A stretch of DNA of 64,000 bases from Camelus dromedarius (lineage: Eukaryota). Under the pieces are notes generated by a model. It did not search any database and was not told the DNA's origin. It saw nothing but the letters and a program-made list of their open reading frames with translations. The stretch lies in assembly GCF_036321535.1 (NCBI RefSeq), contig NC_087437.1:55058001-55122000 (forward strand), in the 5' to 3' direction. Shown here one piece after another: positions 28,157-39,620 of the stretch (the stretch's first letter is position 1; the number at the start of each line of letters is the position of its first letter). A program made the translations under genes and the position numbers.

Positions 28157-28414
28157 CTGTACTGGAAAGGAACGAGGGTAGAAGTCAGACAACACGAGTT
28201 CTAAACCCTAGCTAAGCCACCCCGTACCTGCACAGCCTTAGCAAAGCCATTTGCTCCATCTAACTGTTTCCATCCCTCTGTAATAAAGATACACACTCTG
28301 CCTTCCTCCAAATGCTGTGATAAGCACGGGAGCCCATGGGTTCTGCAGTGGTGCTTGTCAGGCTGTGGAGCTCAAGTCCCAGTCTAACACTGGCATTTTT
28401 CTTTTCCTCCCCAG

Positions 28415-28593
28415 AACACCCTGGAGCAGTGCAGCGTGTGCTCCAAGCCCATCATGGAGCGGATCCTCCGAGCCACTGGGAAGGCCTACCATCCTCACTG
28501 CTTTACCTGTGTGATGTGCCACCGCAGCCTGGATGGGATCCCGTTCACCGTGGACGCTGGCGGCCTCATCCACTGCATCGAGGACTTCCACAA
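28415..28593 (+). CDS. LPP: LPP coding exon (third from last; exon 9 in classic numbering), LIM2 domain
   Basis: Follows CTAAC branch point (28384-28388), pyrimidine tract and CCAG; 179 bp; translates NTLEQCSVCSKPIMERILRATGKAYHPHCFTCVMCHRSLDGIPFTVDAGGLIHCIEDFHK with the LIM C-x2-C...H-x2-C pattern; donor AA|GTAGGC; phase joins the next exon. Confidence 0.97.
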
Positions 28594-31066
28594 GTAGGCA
28601 GCCGCCTCTCCCTCCTGCAGCCCTTCTCGGGCTCTGTTCTTGCGCCTGGCGTCCACGCTACCCATTCTTCTTTCCTGGAACAGTAGCATCTCAGGATTTG
28701 GTGGGACTTTAAAAAGAGCTTATTTATTCCCTCCTCCAATGCAGGAATTGCTAGCAGGTAATCCATATGGTCCTCCGGCCTGGCCTCCGCTTCACGGCCT
28801 CCCTGGGGCTTGTCCATCACATATTTGTGTGACCCTAATTGTAAGAAAGCTGACTCAGCCGCAAAGTACGTGTATTGGAGAGAGGCAGGATCCTGGGGTA
28901 GCCCTCCCTGGCTGAAATGTGAACAAGAGGTGTGACAGTGGACAAACTGCCCAGTTTCTCTGAGCTCTTCAGTTTGATCATTAGACCAGGCCCGGTCTTG
29001 AAGCTTCCCATTTATGACAGCCTAGGGTTCTCTGTAGAGCTGACCTCTATGTCTGTGCCACTCTGCAGATAAGGTTCTGGGGGAACTATTCAGTCTGTCT
29101 TGCTAATGCAACCCTCTTGCATATTTGGAGGCTGTTTTACGCCATTATCAACATAATTACAACCTCCCCCCAAGCTCCTCCCTCAGCCAGGTGTTCTCTT
29201 CCCCAGGATATGTTCTAATAAAATAAGTGAATGCAGCGTGGTACAATCTTTTGAGGACCATTAGAGAGTAGAACCTCAAGGTCAAGACCACTTAACTGAT
29301 GGGCCTGGAAAAATATGTCCCCACTTTCTCACTTCTTTCATGTGGAGATCCCTCTTTATTACAACTGGGATTTTCAGGCAAGCTGTATAGTTTTGCATTT
29401 TACTTATTTGTATTTGGCCAGTTTGATGGTCAGTGAATTGGTGGATCAGATTTGTTGCAGATTTCTAGGAACCATATGAAAGCTATAGATTTGATCTGTA
29501 AATGGCAGGCACAGAGGTTTCTGGCTTGTGTTTGCTGGGCAGTGGCTTTAAGGACAGCCTGAGGCTCTCAAGGAGGTAAAGCTTGCATGGCTCACCAGTT
29601 TGGGTATCCGTTCTACAGCCTCCAGATGTGCAGCCTTGTGGGTTAATTTTCACCGCTCTGTCGATTGTCAACAACCAGGAAGTACTTGCCACAAGCAGTT
29701 TGGGGATCTGAGACTCCTATTTTAAAAAAGAATTTCCTGACCACTTTCCAAGTAGCAAAGAAAGTGAAAAACCTCACCAAAAGATGTGAGGCTGAATGAA
29801 TGAAAAAACCCCAGAGGCAGGAACTCTCAACCTGAATCAGACAAGGAAGGGCTCACTCTGGAAGGGCAGTCACAGCATAAATTGTACTTCACGTTATTGA
29901 TATTTTTAGCTTGTAATTATACATGATTAAAAAGAAAACCCTGCATCTATTTAAAGGAGGTGAAAAGACACCAATGGGGAGTGGTTTCAGTCACTGCTTC
30001 TCTCCTTCCTTAGACTTACCCTCATCCAAGGAAGACTGATAGATGGAATCAGAGCACAGATGTTTCTGTTGCTGGAAAAGACTGATATATCATACCCCTC
30101 AGTTAAAACAGGAAATCAGTTCTGACAGATGCAAGTTTATATCTATGCCATTTACCTTTCATTTCTAGGAGTTGGGGGCATAATTAGAGACTTATGCCTG
30201 GTGATGTGTGTGGGTCTGAACGCTCCAGGAAAGCAGACTTGAACAACTATAAGGGAAAAAATAATCTGAAACCCCCAACTCTTCCCCGCCACCACTAATT
30301 CAGTGGCCAGTTAAAACACAATTTTTTTTTAAAGTTGTCCACGTGATTGGCAGGTATGCAGGAGGAAATGCTTTTTTATCTTTTTCCCATTTCCCAAAGA
30401 AAAATAAGAGAGAAACTTTACAGAACTCTGTTTCAGAGCCTTAAAAGTAGTGGAATGCAAAGCGGTTGAAAGTCCAGCCCAGGGAGGGCATTGCCAAGCT
30501 AAGGAGACGGGCCGCCTTCTGCAGATTCTTGGCCATTCTGAGCGGGCCTCCCTTCTGTGAGCTTTGGGGAAATGTATTTGAGTTCAGTGCAACCGCATCT
30601 ATGAAGAGCCCTCTGTGTGCCAATCCCTGTGCTACGTGCTGAAGGACAGAGACCCCAGGAGAGAAACTGCACAGCTCCGTAGTGAGGGGCCCTGTCAGTG
30701 CAGAGCTTGCCAGGAGGAGGGGAGAGAGTGAGTGCAGACTTTGTGTGGTATCAGGCAGAAAAGGCTACACGTGCCGAGGCGGGCACAGGCGAGGGCTCGA
30801 GCTGTCAGAGCCAGAAGAGATTACTCGGCCCTGGGGCCGGAGTAGGCTTCTGGAGGCAGAGTGTTTTCAGTGGGAAATAGAGATTCCTGGCAGGAGGAAT
30901 AACGCAGGCAAGAAAGAAGGGCACAGAGTGAAGAAAGACTTCTCTGCATTCAAGGAAGATCTGCTTGGCTGTAACTAGAGCAGCCTGGGAATAGAAGCTA
31001 CAGCGAGATGCAGGAGGCGCAGGAGAAAGGATTTATTTCACCTGCTTAGAATCCTGTTCTTTAAGC

Positions 31067-31215
31067 CAGGGCTTCCCAAACTTCAGCGTGCTTCTAAGTC
31101 ACCGAGGGATCTTGTTAAACTGCAGAGCTTAGTTCAGTAGGTCTGGGGTGGGGACCCAAGATTCTGCATTTCTGACAAGCTCCCAGGTGGTCTTGGACTG
31201 TACTCAGAGTAACGA
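31067..31215. mobile_element. MER5A-like hAT-Charlie DNA transposon
   Basis: cagggcttcccaaactt...ttcagtaggtctggggtggg..caagattctgcatttctgacaagctcccaggtg. Confidence 0.8.
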
Positions 31216-31395
31216 GCATCTGAAATGCTATTTTTAAAGCCTTGCTAATGGGCCATCCCCTCCATAACCACTTTCAGTCAGCGTTGGCCCAAATCCTCCA
31301 TCCTATTAGGCAGAAACTCTTTCCCATATGTCATTTCAGATGACTGCTCAAACTAGTGCCCTGGCTGACTGCCTGTATCCTACCCTCACCCTCAG

Positions 31396-31438
31396 CACAC
31401 ACACACACACACACACACACGCGCACGCACACACACAC
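31396..31438. repeat. (CA)n microsatellite with CG interruptions
   Basis: Direct reading; alternating purine-pyrimidine for ~43 bp. Confidence 0.95.
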
Positions 31439-34083
31439 TCACAGTTACTTTCCTGTTTTACCTAAGTGGCCATCTTTCAAGGACCCACTCAGTTACCATC
31501 TCCTCTAAGAAGCCTCCTGTGATCGCAGACTCTCCCTATCCCCATGCTTGAATTTGTATCTCCTTTATGTTTTATAGTTTTGTAAATTTACTATAGATAG
31601 CACCCAACACAGCCTGATTAGGAATAAAGAACACACATACACACAAACAGCTTTACAGTAACCACCTTAAATTATTTTTGCAATGTGATAGGATGCAATA
31701 GAACAAATGCAGAAATGCACAGAACTCCCTCAACCGTCTGACTGCCGGAGTCCTCATTTGTTTCTGTGTTCCCAGTGCCAGGACAGTGAGCTCCGAGAAG
31801 CAGATTTATTTAACTGACCCTTTCATTGTGTTGAGCCTTTATTCCACTCTCTGTGCTTTTCTTATCAGGGATGTTACGTGCATCCATTTATTTGTTTAAT
31901 CAGCATTCATTTGTTGATTGCCAGAAATGTGCCAGGACACAAGATGATTAAGACCATTCCTCTCTAAGCTTTGGCTCCCAAAGCAGAAATGATAAAAGTA
32001 TTTCTTCATAATACTGCTATCAGTAAAAAATAAGGTCAAGTGTATAGAGTGCTTAACGAGGCTCGGCACATAATAAGCACACAGTACATGGCTGCTGTTT
32101 TAACCATGAGAAGTGTTTTTATCAAATTAATGTTATGATTATTGTCTGCTTAGTGAGCTGAGCCCTGAAATAGACCACCTGGGATTTTTAACAATCCTCA
32201 AAATGCTGGCCAAGGAACACTGTAAGGACTGTGGAAGCCACATTCTGTCTCTCCACTTTGCCTTTTCCCCTCACAGAAATGAGGCCAATTGGTAAGAAGG
32301 AATCATTACTCAGCAAGAATACAATTTGCGCCTTTCCAAAGAGGAAGGACCTTGAGATTGAACGTAAAGGCACAAGCAACGTCTTTTTACGAGAAATATG
32401 GCAAATACTTCATTTCATTAGATAGTGCCTGATTCTCTACTTTCTACACCAGTCACAGTAGTTATTTCTAGAGACTCAGAAATAGAGCAAATCCTGTCCT
32501 TTGGAAGCTCACAGTTTTGAGGTCCCCAAAGATATGCAAATAATTACTACTAAAATAGGCAAATTCAGTGAAAGCTATTTTATCCTAGAGGAATAAATAA
32601 TCCTACTTGGGGACATTGGGCAAGGCTCACAGACACAGTGATAAGCAAGACGTCCTCCTGACCTCACAGAGTTTACAGTCCCAGTGGGTTTGGGGAAAGG
32701 AAATTTTGCAGCTGATTCCAAAAGCCTGCTTATTTCACTACTGATGACCCAGATTCAAAAATAATCAGGTAGTCCAAAGCAATTTTTTTTTACCACTGCG
32801 TATAAAAACTTCTTGCATAAAATACCAATTATAACAGCTCTGATTACTGCCGCAGTTGTACCATGATCCTTTTAATTTTTCTTTCATAGCAATCAATTGA
32901 TCTGCTACTTAACTCATATTTATTTAGATTGCAGCCATACAGATGCCTTTTGGGTGCTGCCAGGAAAATTAATATGTACATATAGAGTATAATGTATGTA
33001 AAAATGCTTTGACAACCATAAAGTGCTCTGCAAAGTGTTAGATTACTATCATTATTTCTTTTTTAAGTCTCACTGTAAATAGATAAATTTTTAACATCAT
33101 TAATCTTAAAACCATTACCATGAAAAAACTGTCTTCCTTTTCTTTTCGTCTTTTCAGTTCTTATCCATGTCCATTTCAAATCTTGTCTTATTTCATACCT
33201 TCATAAATGCCACACCTAATTTCCAGAAGATACGGATGGATGCCTTTTTGTAGCCTGTTAAGCTGCTACTAGAAAAAAATGTTATGGCCATTGGTCATAT
33301 TAAGGAATATTAAGAGATTAAGAAATATTAAAATTCCTCACCAACAGTTAACCTCAAGAACATATGTATGTGTGTGTGTTGTAGGGGGTGTTCACTCACA
33401 CATACCTTCTGGAAGTGCTAAAATTCTTTAAAGGGCAAAGAACTGGACAGCTTTTTAACTTTTCTCTTTCAAATAAAAGTTTAACATAACCAAAATGTAA
33501 GAAGTGCAGAATTGGCCATAGTACGTTTGGCATAATGGGGATTTGAACTCACCAAACTCTGCTGTTTTGAAAAGGTATGCATTTGCGGTTTCTTGAGTTC
33601 ATTTCCTAGAATGCAAGACACATTTCAAAGAAAGAGGCTCTAATCATTGGGAATGAGGCCAAGTTACCAACCTCAGAACATCTGGATGGGGCCTGGGGGG
33701 CACATACAGAGTCTAGGAGAAAAAGTCAGAAACAAGCAGGGGCCTCGAGGACCTGTGTTCTTCCCTCCAGCCAACCTGCCCAAGCCCCGGGTCTGTGTTT
33801 GCCATCTGTGCACAGGTGAATTCCACACCCCCCCACTCACTCCCCCACTTCACCAAACGTCATGATGTTTATGATCTGGAAGGACCTCAACAGTCTAAAC
33901 CCCTTATTTCACAGCTGAGGAAGCAGGCGCAGGGAAGGCAAGTGACTTACTTGCTGGAGGATGCCGAAGATGGCAGGCCAGGCGGCCTGCCCCTTGGTGT
34001 ACACCTTTTCTTTTCACCTCTGGGCCTCTCCTCTGTCGGCGTCTCTGCTCAGTGTCTAACCAGAGGTATCTTTTCATTTTTAG

Positions 34084-34204
34084 GAAATTTGCTCCCCGCT
34101 GTTCTGTGTGCAAGGAGCCCATCATGCCGGCCCCCGGCCAGGAGGAGACTGTCAGGATTGTGGCTCTGGATCGCGATTTCCACGTCCACTGCTACCGGTG
34201 TGAG
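34084..34204 (+). CDS. LPP: LPP coding exon (penultimate), first half of LIM3
   Basis: Acceptor ttttcatttttag|G; 121 bp (1+120, completing the split Lys codon); [40 protein letters not shown]; donor GAG|GTCTGT. Confidence 0.97.
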
Positions 34205-35083
34205 GTCTGTCCTCAGCGCCCTCCAGCCTGCCGGGGCGTGGCAGGCATCAGAGGGACCCTTAGAGCCGGGTTTTCATAAATACAGCAGTTACTGCACCTG
34301 GGAGGGCCCCTTGGGTTTTAGATCTGACGCGGACATTCTATGCTAGGGACATTGGTTAAGTCACTTTACCTCTCTCATTCTCAATTTCCCCACCTGTGAA
34401 AAGGACTCAGATTCTTATTAACTCCCCCAAATGCGGCTGTGCAGCTAAAACGCAAAGCTGTATGTTAAAGGACACTGTGAATCATAAAGAGCCAGAGATG
34501 TGGTATCATCATGGTTCTTACTGTCATTATACAGAGACTCTGGCTCTGGTTTAGGGCAGAGATGCCATTGTCACCCGCTGAGAAGAGTAAGAATTTATTC
34601 CTCTCAGAGGGGTTGGAACTTCATGTTCAAAGTCATGGAGATTCATTAATTTAGCAGGCACTGACCCAGCACTTACGGTAAGGGGTCAGGTGACTGCTGA
34701 GAGCTCTAAGAGGGTCAGGCACAAGGTGTCGTGGGAACACCTACCAGAGACCCGTAATCCAGCTCGAAGTGACAAGGAAGGCCTCTTGCCTGAGGGCCGT
34801 GTCATCATTTATACAGCAAAAGGCAGCAAGTCTCTCCCCTAGAATCTAGGTAACCAAAGGCACCACATTCAGAAAGTGATTTTAAATCATTTTCCTCTCC
34901 TAGTTCTATGACTTACCCAGAGCCCCTCTTTTGAAGCAGTTTTCTTGTTTTCCACCAGCTCTTCTCAGTATAGCAGGTATCAGCCCCCTCTTCTATCTGT
35001 GAGAGACGATATGAACTTGCTTATTACCACCTCCTTATGAGAGTGGCTCATCTAGTCCTGCTAGGAGACTTTCCCAAGACACA

Positions 35084-35144
35084 GGCTGGTGGGACTGACG
35101 GGGCTGGCGGCGCTGGCGGGGCTGGCGGGGCTGGCGGGGCTGGC
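35084..35144. repeat. 9-bp G-rich minisatellite (GGCTGGCGG) ~7 copies
   Basis: Units read directly: ggctggtgg gactgacgg ggctggcgg cgctggcgg ggctggcgg ggctggcgg ggctggc. Confidence 0.9.
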
Positions 35145-35649
35145 CGTCTCCCCTGCCCTCCCAGACTGCAGTCACTCCGTTCACTGCCTTAGCTGTGACT
35201 GACCAGCTGTTTTATGCAGGGTGCTTTGTTTTGCCCTCCAGCCCAAGTTACCTGCCTCTCTGACCTTAACGTGAGCAAAGAGAATAAAAAACTTCGGCTT
35301 TTACATGAGGTTTTTAGGACTACAGAGAAACAGTGATGTCCAGCCTTAAAACTGACCTGAATCATAAGTGTGAAAGAGCTAATAGACACCTTAGAGATCA
35401 TTCTGCAGGTTGGGAAACTGAGGCTCAAGGCAGCCCAATATTCTTCCCACACTTGCTCTGCCTACATATATGCTTATTTCATGGTTTTGTTTTGTGTGTG
35501 AAGAGTTGCATGATCCGTACCTTTTCTCCTCCCAAACTAAATGATAGCAGAGCAAAATAAGTTTGCTTTAAAAAGATAGTGCTTTTTTTCCCGTTTTTTT
35601 AACCCCAGAAACAACACTGTAGAATGGCAGGTACACTGAATTAAAAGTT

Positions 35650-36000
35650 TTTTGAAGATGCTCCATACTCTTCTACACAGTGGCTGCACCACCAGCAGTG
35701 TAGGAGGGTTCCCTTTTCCCACACCCTCTCCAGCATTTATCGTTTGTGGACTTTAATGATGGCCATTCTGACTGGTGTGAGGTGATACCTCATCGTAGTT
35801 TTTGTTTGCATTTCTCTAACAATAAGCGATGTTGAGCATCTTTTCGTGGGGGGTGCTGGAAATGTTAGCTATCTTGATTGTGGTGGTGGTTTCATAGTGT
35901 ATACATCTATCAAGATTCATCAAATTGTACATCTGAAATATGTGTAGTTTACTGTATAGAAATTATACCACAATAACGTTGTTTTAAAATTTTTTTAAAA
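35650..36000. mobile_element. L1 fragments: antisense ORF2-end piece (35650-35847) abutting a sense L1M-type 3' end (35848-36000)
   Basis: gatggccattctgactggtgtgaggtgatacctcat (antisense L1) then ggtgctggaaatgt..atcttgattgtggtggtggtt (sense 3' end). Confidence 0.8.
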
Positions 36001-36573
36001 AACTTAAAAATACAATTTTAACTTATCAAATAAACAATATAAAAAGAAAAAAATGGAAAAAATATTAAAGAGGGCAGGACACTGCCTAACACTGGACAAA
36101 TCACTTCCCTCTCTGCTGCTCACTTCCCTGCCCATAAATCCAGGTGGTTTTGGATTCCCCCATTGTGGCTCCTTTTGTTTCTAAGATTCAAGGCGTTTTG
36201 GTTCCAGTGGTTGACTCTGGGCTCTTTAGGGTGCCCAGGTGACTGTTGTCATTCACTCATTGAATGCTTAAATCCATGTCATTCATGAACTTTTTTCTTT
36301 TTATTGCAATGAAAAGATTTCATTTAGCTCCATCGCTCAGTGTCCCAAATGCCTCTAGAGCTGCAAAATACCTGCCTATTCATTTGGGTAAAGCTGACCT
36401 TCCCAGGAACGTAACTATTGCTGCTGGTGCTGCTGCTCTGAGCAACACCCTTTTTGAACTTAAACTTCATTATCTGTCAGATTCAGATAGGAACCTCCAT
36501 GACCCCCTTCCTGTCATGGTAGGCAGCACAGGTGAGGCACACCGGCCCTGTGGTCTTTTAAAAGAGTTTCTAC

Positions 36574-36902
36574 GAAATAAGTTCATCGGTGTCTTTTTTT
36601 TAGATTCCACATATGAGCGATCTCATATGGTATTTTTCTTTCTCTTTCTGGCTTACTTCACTTAGAATGACATTCTCCAGGTCCATCCATGTTGCTGCAA
36701 ATGGCACTATTCCACCCTTCTTTTATGGCTGAAAAATATTCCATTGTATAAATACACCACAACTTCTTTATCCAGTCATCTGTTGAGGGACATTTAGGCT
36801 GTTTCCATGTCTTGGCCATCGTAAATAGTGCTGCTGTGAACATGGGAAATTGACACACTATTGTAAACTGACTATACTTCAATTAAAAAAAAAAGAATTA
36901 AA
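36574..36902. mobile_element. 5'-inverted, truncated young L1 with TSD
   Basis: Antisense L1 (ORF track MFTAALFTMAKTWKQPKCPSTDDWIKKLW) to ~36845, then sense 3' tip and poly(A); TSD aaaagagtttctac/aaaagactttctac. Confidence 0.9.
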
Positions 36903-37448
36903 AAAAGACTTTCTACTAATGGTAGCAAGGGCACACACCATGAGATGAAGCGCTGTATTTTTCTTTTCCAAAGAAACTTCTGTTTCCTCCAGAGGTGAAG
37001 GCCAGCATTTAGCTGTCATGTAACACTTTCCAAAATGGATGCTCAGGGGTGCTGCCAACAGCAGTATAATTCCTTACTATTATGAAGCTGTTTGCATTTT
37101 TTTCAAAGGACACACACACACCCATTTTCCTCCTTGGTCCTCCCAACAGCTTCATAAGGTAGGAATTGCAGGAATTATTTCCAGAGTGGCTATTGGCCCT
37201 CCTTGCCAGGAACAGAGCTAGGGTGGTGCCCAGGGGCCCTGTCCCCCGGCCCCACCCTCATTCCTCTACACCGCACTGTACCCTTTAGAAAGACGACAGA
37301 TCACTCCTCCCCGCAAACCTTAGAGTTTCATCTTCTTTCTCAAGTTGGAGTGAGCATGCAGACCCACTGGTGGCCCTTCTGCTTAGCAGGAGTCCCTCTA
37401 CAGTTTCTCTTTTACCCTGGAATTACCAAGAAATTCTGTCCCTCCATC

Positions 37449-37472
37449 TGTGTGTGTGTGTGTGTGTGTGTG
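37449..37472. repeat. (TG)12 microsatellite
   Basis: Direct reading. Confidence 0.95.
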
Positions 37473-37859
37473 TATTTTATTTTTCGAGAAAACCATAAGC
37501 TAATGTCAGCGGTAAAGGTGAGTGAAGTTCAGGATCTATTCTTGTTTTATTTTCTCTGGTTCTTGTGGCTGTTGCTGTTCGGGCGAGGGGAGCAGGTCCA
37601 CCACTTGGAGCCGTAGACCCTCGGGCTGGTCTCTTCCTGGACCTATAGTCCCATTAAGTGACCTCAGGAGGGTCATTCTGTTCACATTTATGTCCCTAAT
37701 CTCTACTCCAACTTAACGCAAGACATAGGGTGCTACATCCTGGGGAAGAACTAGGGGGGTCGGTGTGAAGAGGAAAGGTAGTAATTGGCCTTGAATGGAA
37801 CGCAAAGACTCATGTTGACATTCGCACTGACATCCTTGTCCTGTGTCTTATTTTTCCAG

Positions 37860-37988
37860 GATTGTGGCGGTCTCCTGTCTGAGGGAGACAACCAAGGCTG
37901 CTACCCTTTGGATGGACACATTCTCTGCAAGACCTGCAACTCCGCCCGCATCAGGGTGCTGACCGCCAAGGCGAGCACTGACCTTTAA
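37860..37988 (+). CDS. LPP: LPP last exon coding part: second half of LIM3 and C-terminal PDZ-binding motif STDL
   Basis: CTGAC branch point (37827-37831), acceptor tttttccag|G; DCGGLLSEGDNQGCYPLDGHILCKTCNSARIRVLTAKASTDL then TAA at 37986-37988; matches the recalled LPP C-terminus. Confidence 0.97.
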   Translation, partial: DCGGLLSEGDNQGCYPLDGHILCKTCNSARIRVLTAKASTDL

Positions 37989-39459
37989 GTTCAGTTGCCT
38001 GTTTAGCCGTTAGTTGGTGGCTCTGAGAAAATGAGGAAAATGAAACACAAGAAAAACATAAGAAAAGATATAGGAAAAGAGAGGAAAGGCAATCAAGCCA
38101 TAGGGTGGTCTCTACTTCATCCACTATTAACCTTTCTTTAGAAACACACAGAGTCTGAGACTTTTTGCTGTTGTTAAGTTCTTACCAAATACACATTTCA
38201 CATTTAATCATGTAGGACCTTGATGGGCCTTTGTTCCCAAGGACTTCCACATTTTTGCACGGATTATGCTCCATCCCATTCACTTCTGCATTCCTTTAAC
38301 TTTTAATCCCTGTGTTTGTCTCACTTTTCATCTGGTTGAATGGCTTGTTTTAGTGTGGTATTTGCTGTCACACAGTTTTCCCTGGGTGAGTCTGCCAGCT
38401 CACAGGTGCTTTTAGGCTTGAAGGCTCCATCTTATCACTTCCACATTGCCAGTGAACATAAAAGATAGCCATTCTTTTTACTGTGTATTGAAAAACAGAT
38501 CTTTCTGTCACTCTAAACTGATCGTGTCCCTGGGGGGAAAATGCACAATTACATGTCAGGCTATAAAGCGTTTAAGCTACAAATTACGTAGATTAAAACA
38601 AGTCCAAATTTAATTTACAGCCATTTAAATTCAAAGTCTATAGTGACCAGTGGGGCCAGGGTTCATTTGAAAACAGATATTGGTGAGAGAAAACCAAACA
38701 TCAGCCTTTTTCTAAAGAAACTATAGATGAAGTGTGCTGGATAAAGTGTTTGGGGCTTCCGTTTGAAAAGCTCATTATTACCCCCAAAATATGGATCTTA
38801 AGATTTTCCTTTTCTGTGCTAGCTGGACATAATAATACAAACTTGGTTTTCTCTAGAATGTAACATTTCCAGTACTGTCCCACTTTTTCATAGCAGAAAT
38901 ATTGCCGCATTTTTTTCTAACTTCTAAACACAACTACCAAAATTGACTTTTTCCCTAGAAGAAGATAGCTATAAAGCACGGTTCAAATTCTTTTTTATTT
39001 TTCCCTCCTGGACCAGGTCCTTTTTGCCTGACAATTGCAAATCAGAGCACATAAAATTGTGTTAGTTTTCTTTAGTTTACTTTAAAAAGACAAGAAAGCT
39101 TGAAAAGATTGTGAAACCACAGTTTCATTATTTTTATAATCCTTCTGCAACTCAAATTACATATTGCAGAAGACATTTTCCTATCTTCGATGTGACATTT
39201 ATACCACACTTTCAAAGACAATCACTGAAAAAAAAAATGCCTTTTTGAGCTAAAAATATGCAGAGTCTCTGCCTGGAATCTTTATTCAAACTCTTATTGG
39301 GCAGTGGAATGCTTGCCTGCCAACTGCAGAACCACATCTGCTTTGTTAGGTTCCAACGTGTTTCTTTTAAGGAGTGATGCCTCTCTTAGTAGCAGGTTAC
39401 CACTTTGTAGACTAAGTATTTTGGATTAAGATTAGTTAAACTTTTCTTCAAATCTTCCA

Positions 39460-39620
39460 CAAGTATATACTTTTAAATTATAAAGTATTTTAAATATACA
39501 CAAAAATATAAATAATAATATAATGAATCTCTGTGACACCCAGTTTAAGAAACAAATGTAACAAATATAGTTAACATTTCCCTTTAAACCCTTCCCTGAT
39601 TCCACAGGTATCTTTTTCAT
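39460..39620 (-). mobile_element. Old L1 (L1ME-type) 3' fragment in the 3' UTR
   Basis: ttataaagtattttaaatatacacaaaaatata..aataatataatgaa..acccag motif. Confidence 0.55.

Larger units (their letters stand above)
1..28414 (+). other. LPP: Distal part of the long LPP intron upstream of the LIM2 exon
   Basis: No LIM1-type exon found in 1-28414; repeat-rich; ends at the acceptor of the LIM2 exon. Confidence 0.85.

Noticed and set aside
32500..32520. miR-28-like sequence (ggaagctcacagtt)
   Set aside because: Ordinary L2 remnant with no hairpin partner; miR-28 is L2-derived and lies in an upstream LPP intron
34051..34083. Alternative acceptors or micro-exon upstream of the penultimate exon
   Set aside because: AGs at 34062-34065 are too close to the CTAAC branch point, and a micro-exon would need an impossible 18-nt intron
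33795..34346. 183-aa ORF, the longest in the window
   Set aside because: Alternative frame across the real LPP exon and a MIR remnant; no recognisable domain
36658..36882. 74-aa ORF resembling a real protein
   Set aside because: L1 ORF2 C-terminal fragment within a truncated retrotransposon
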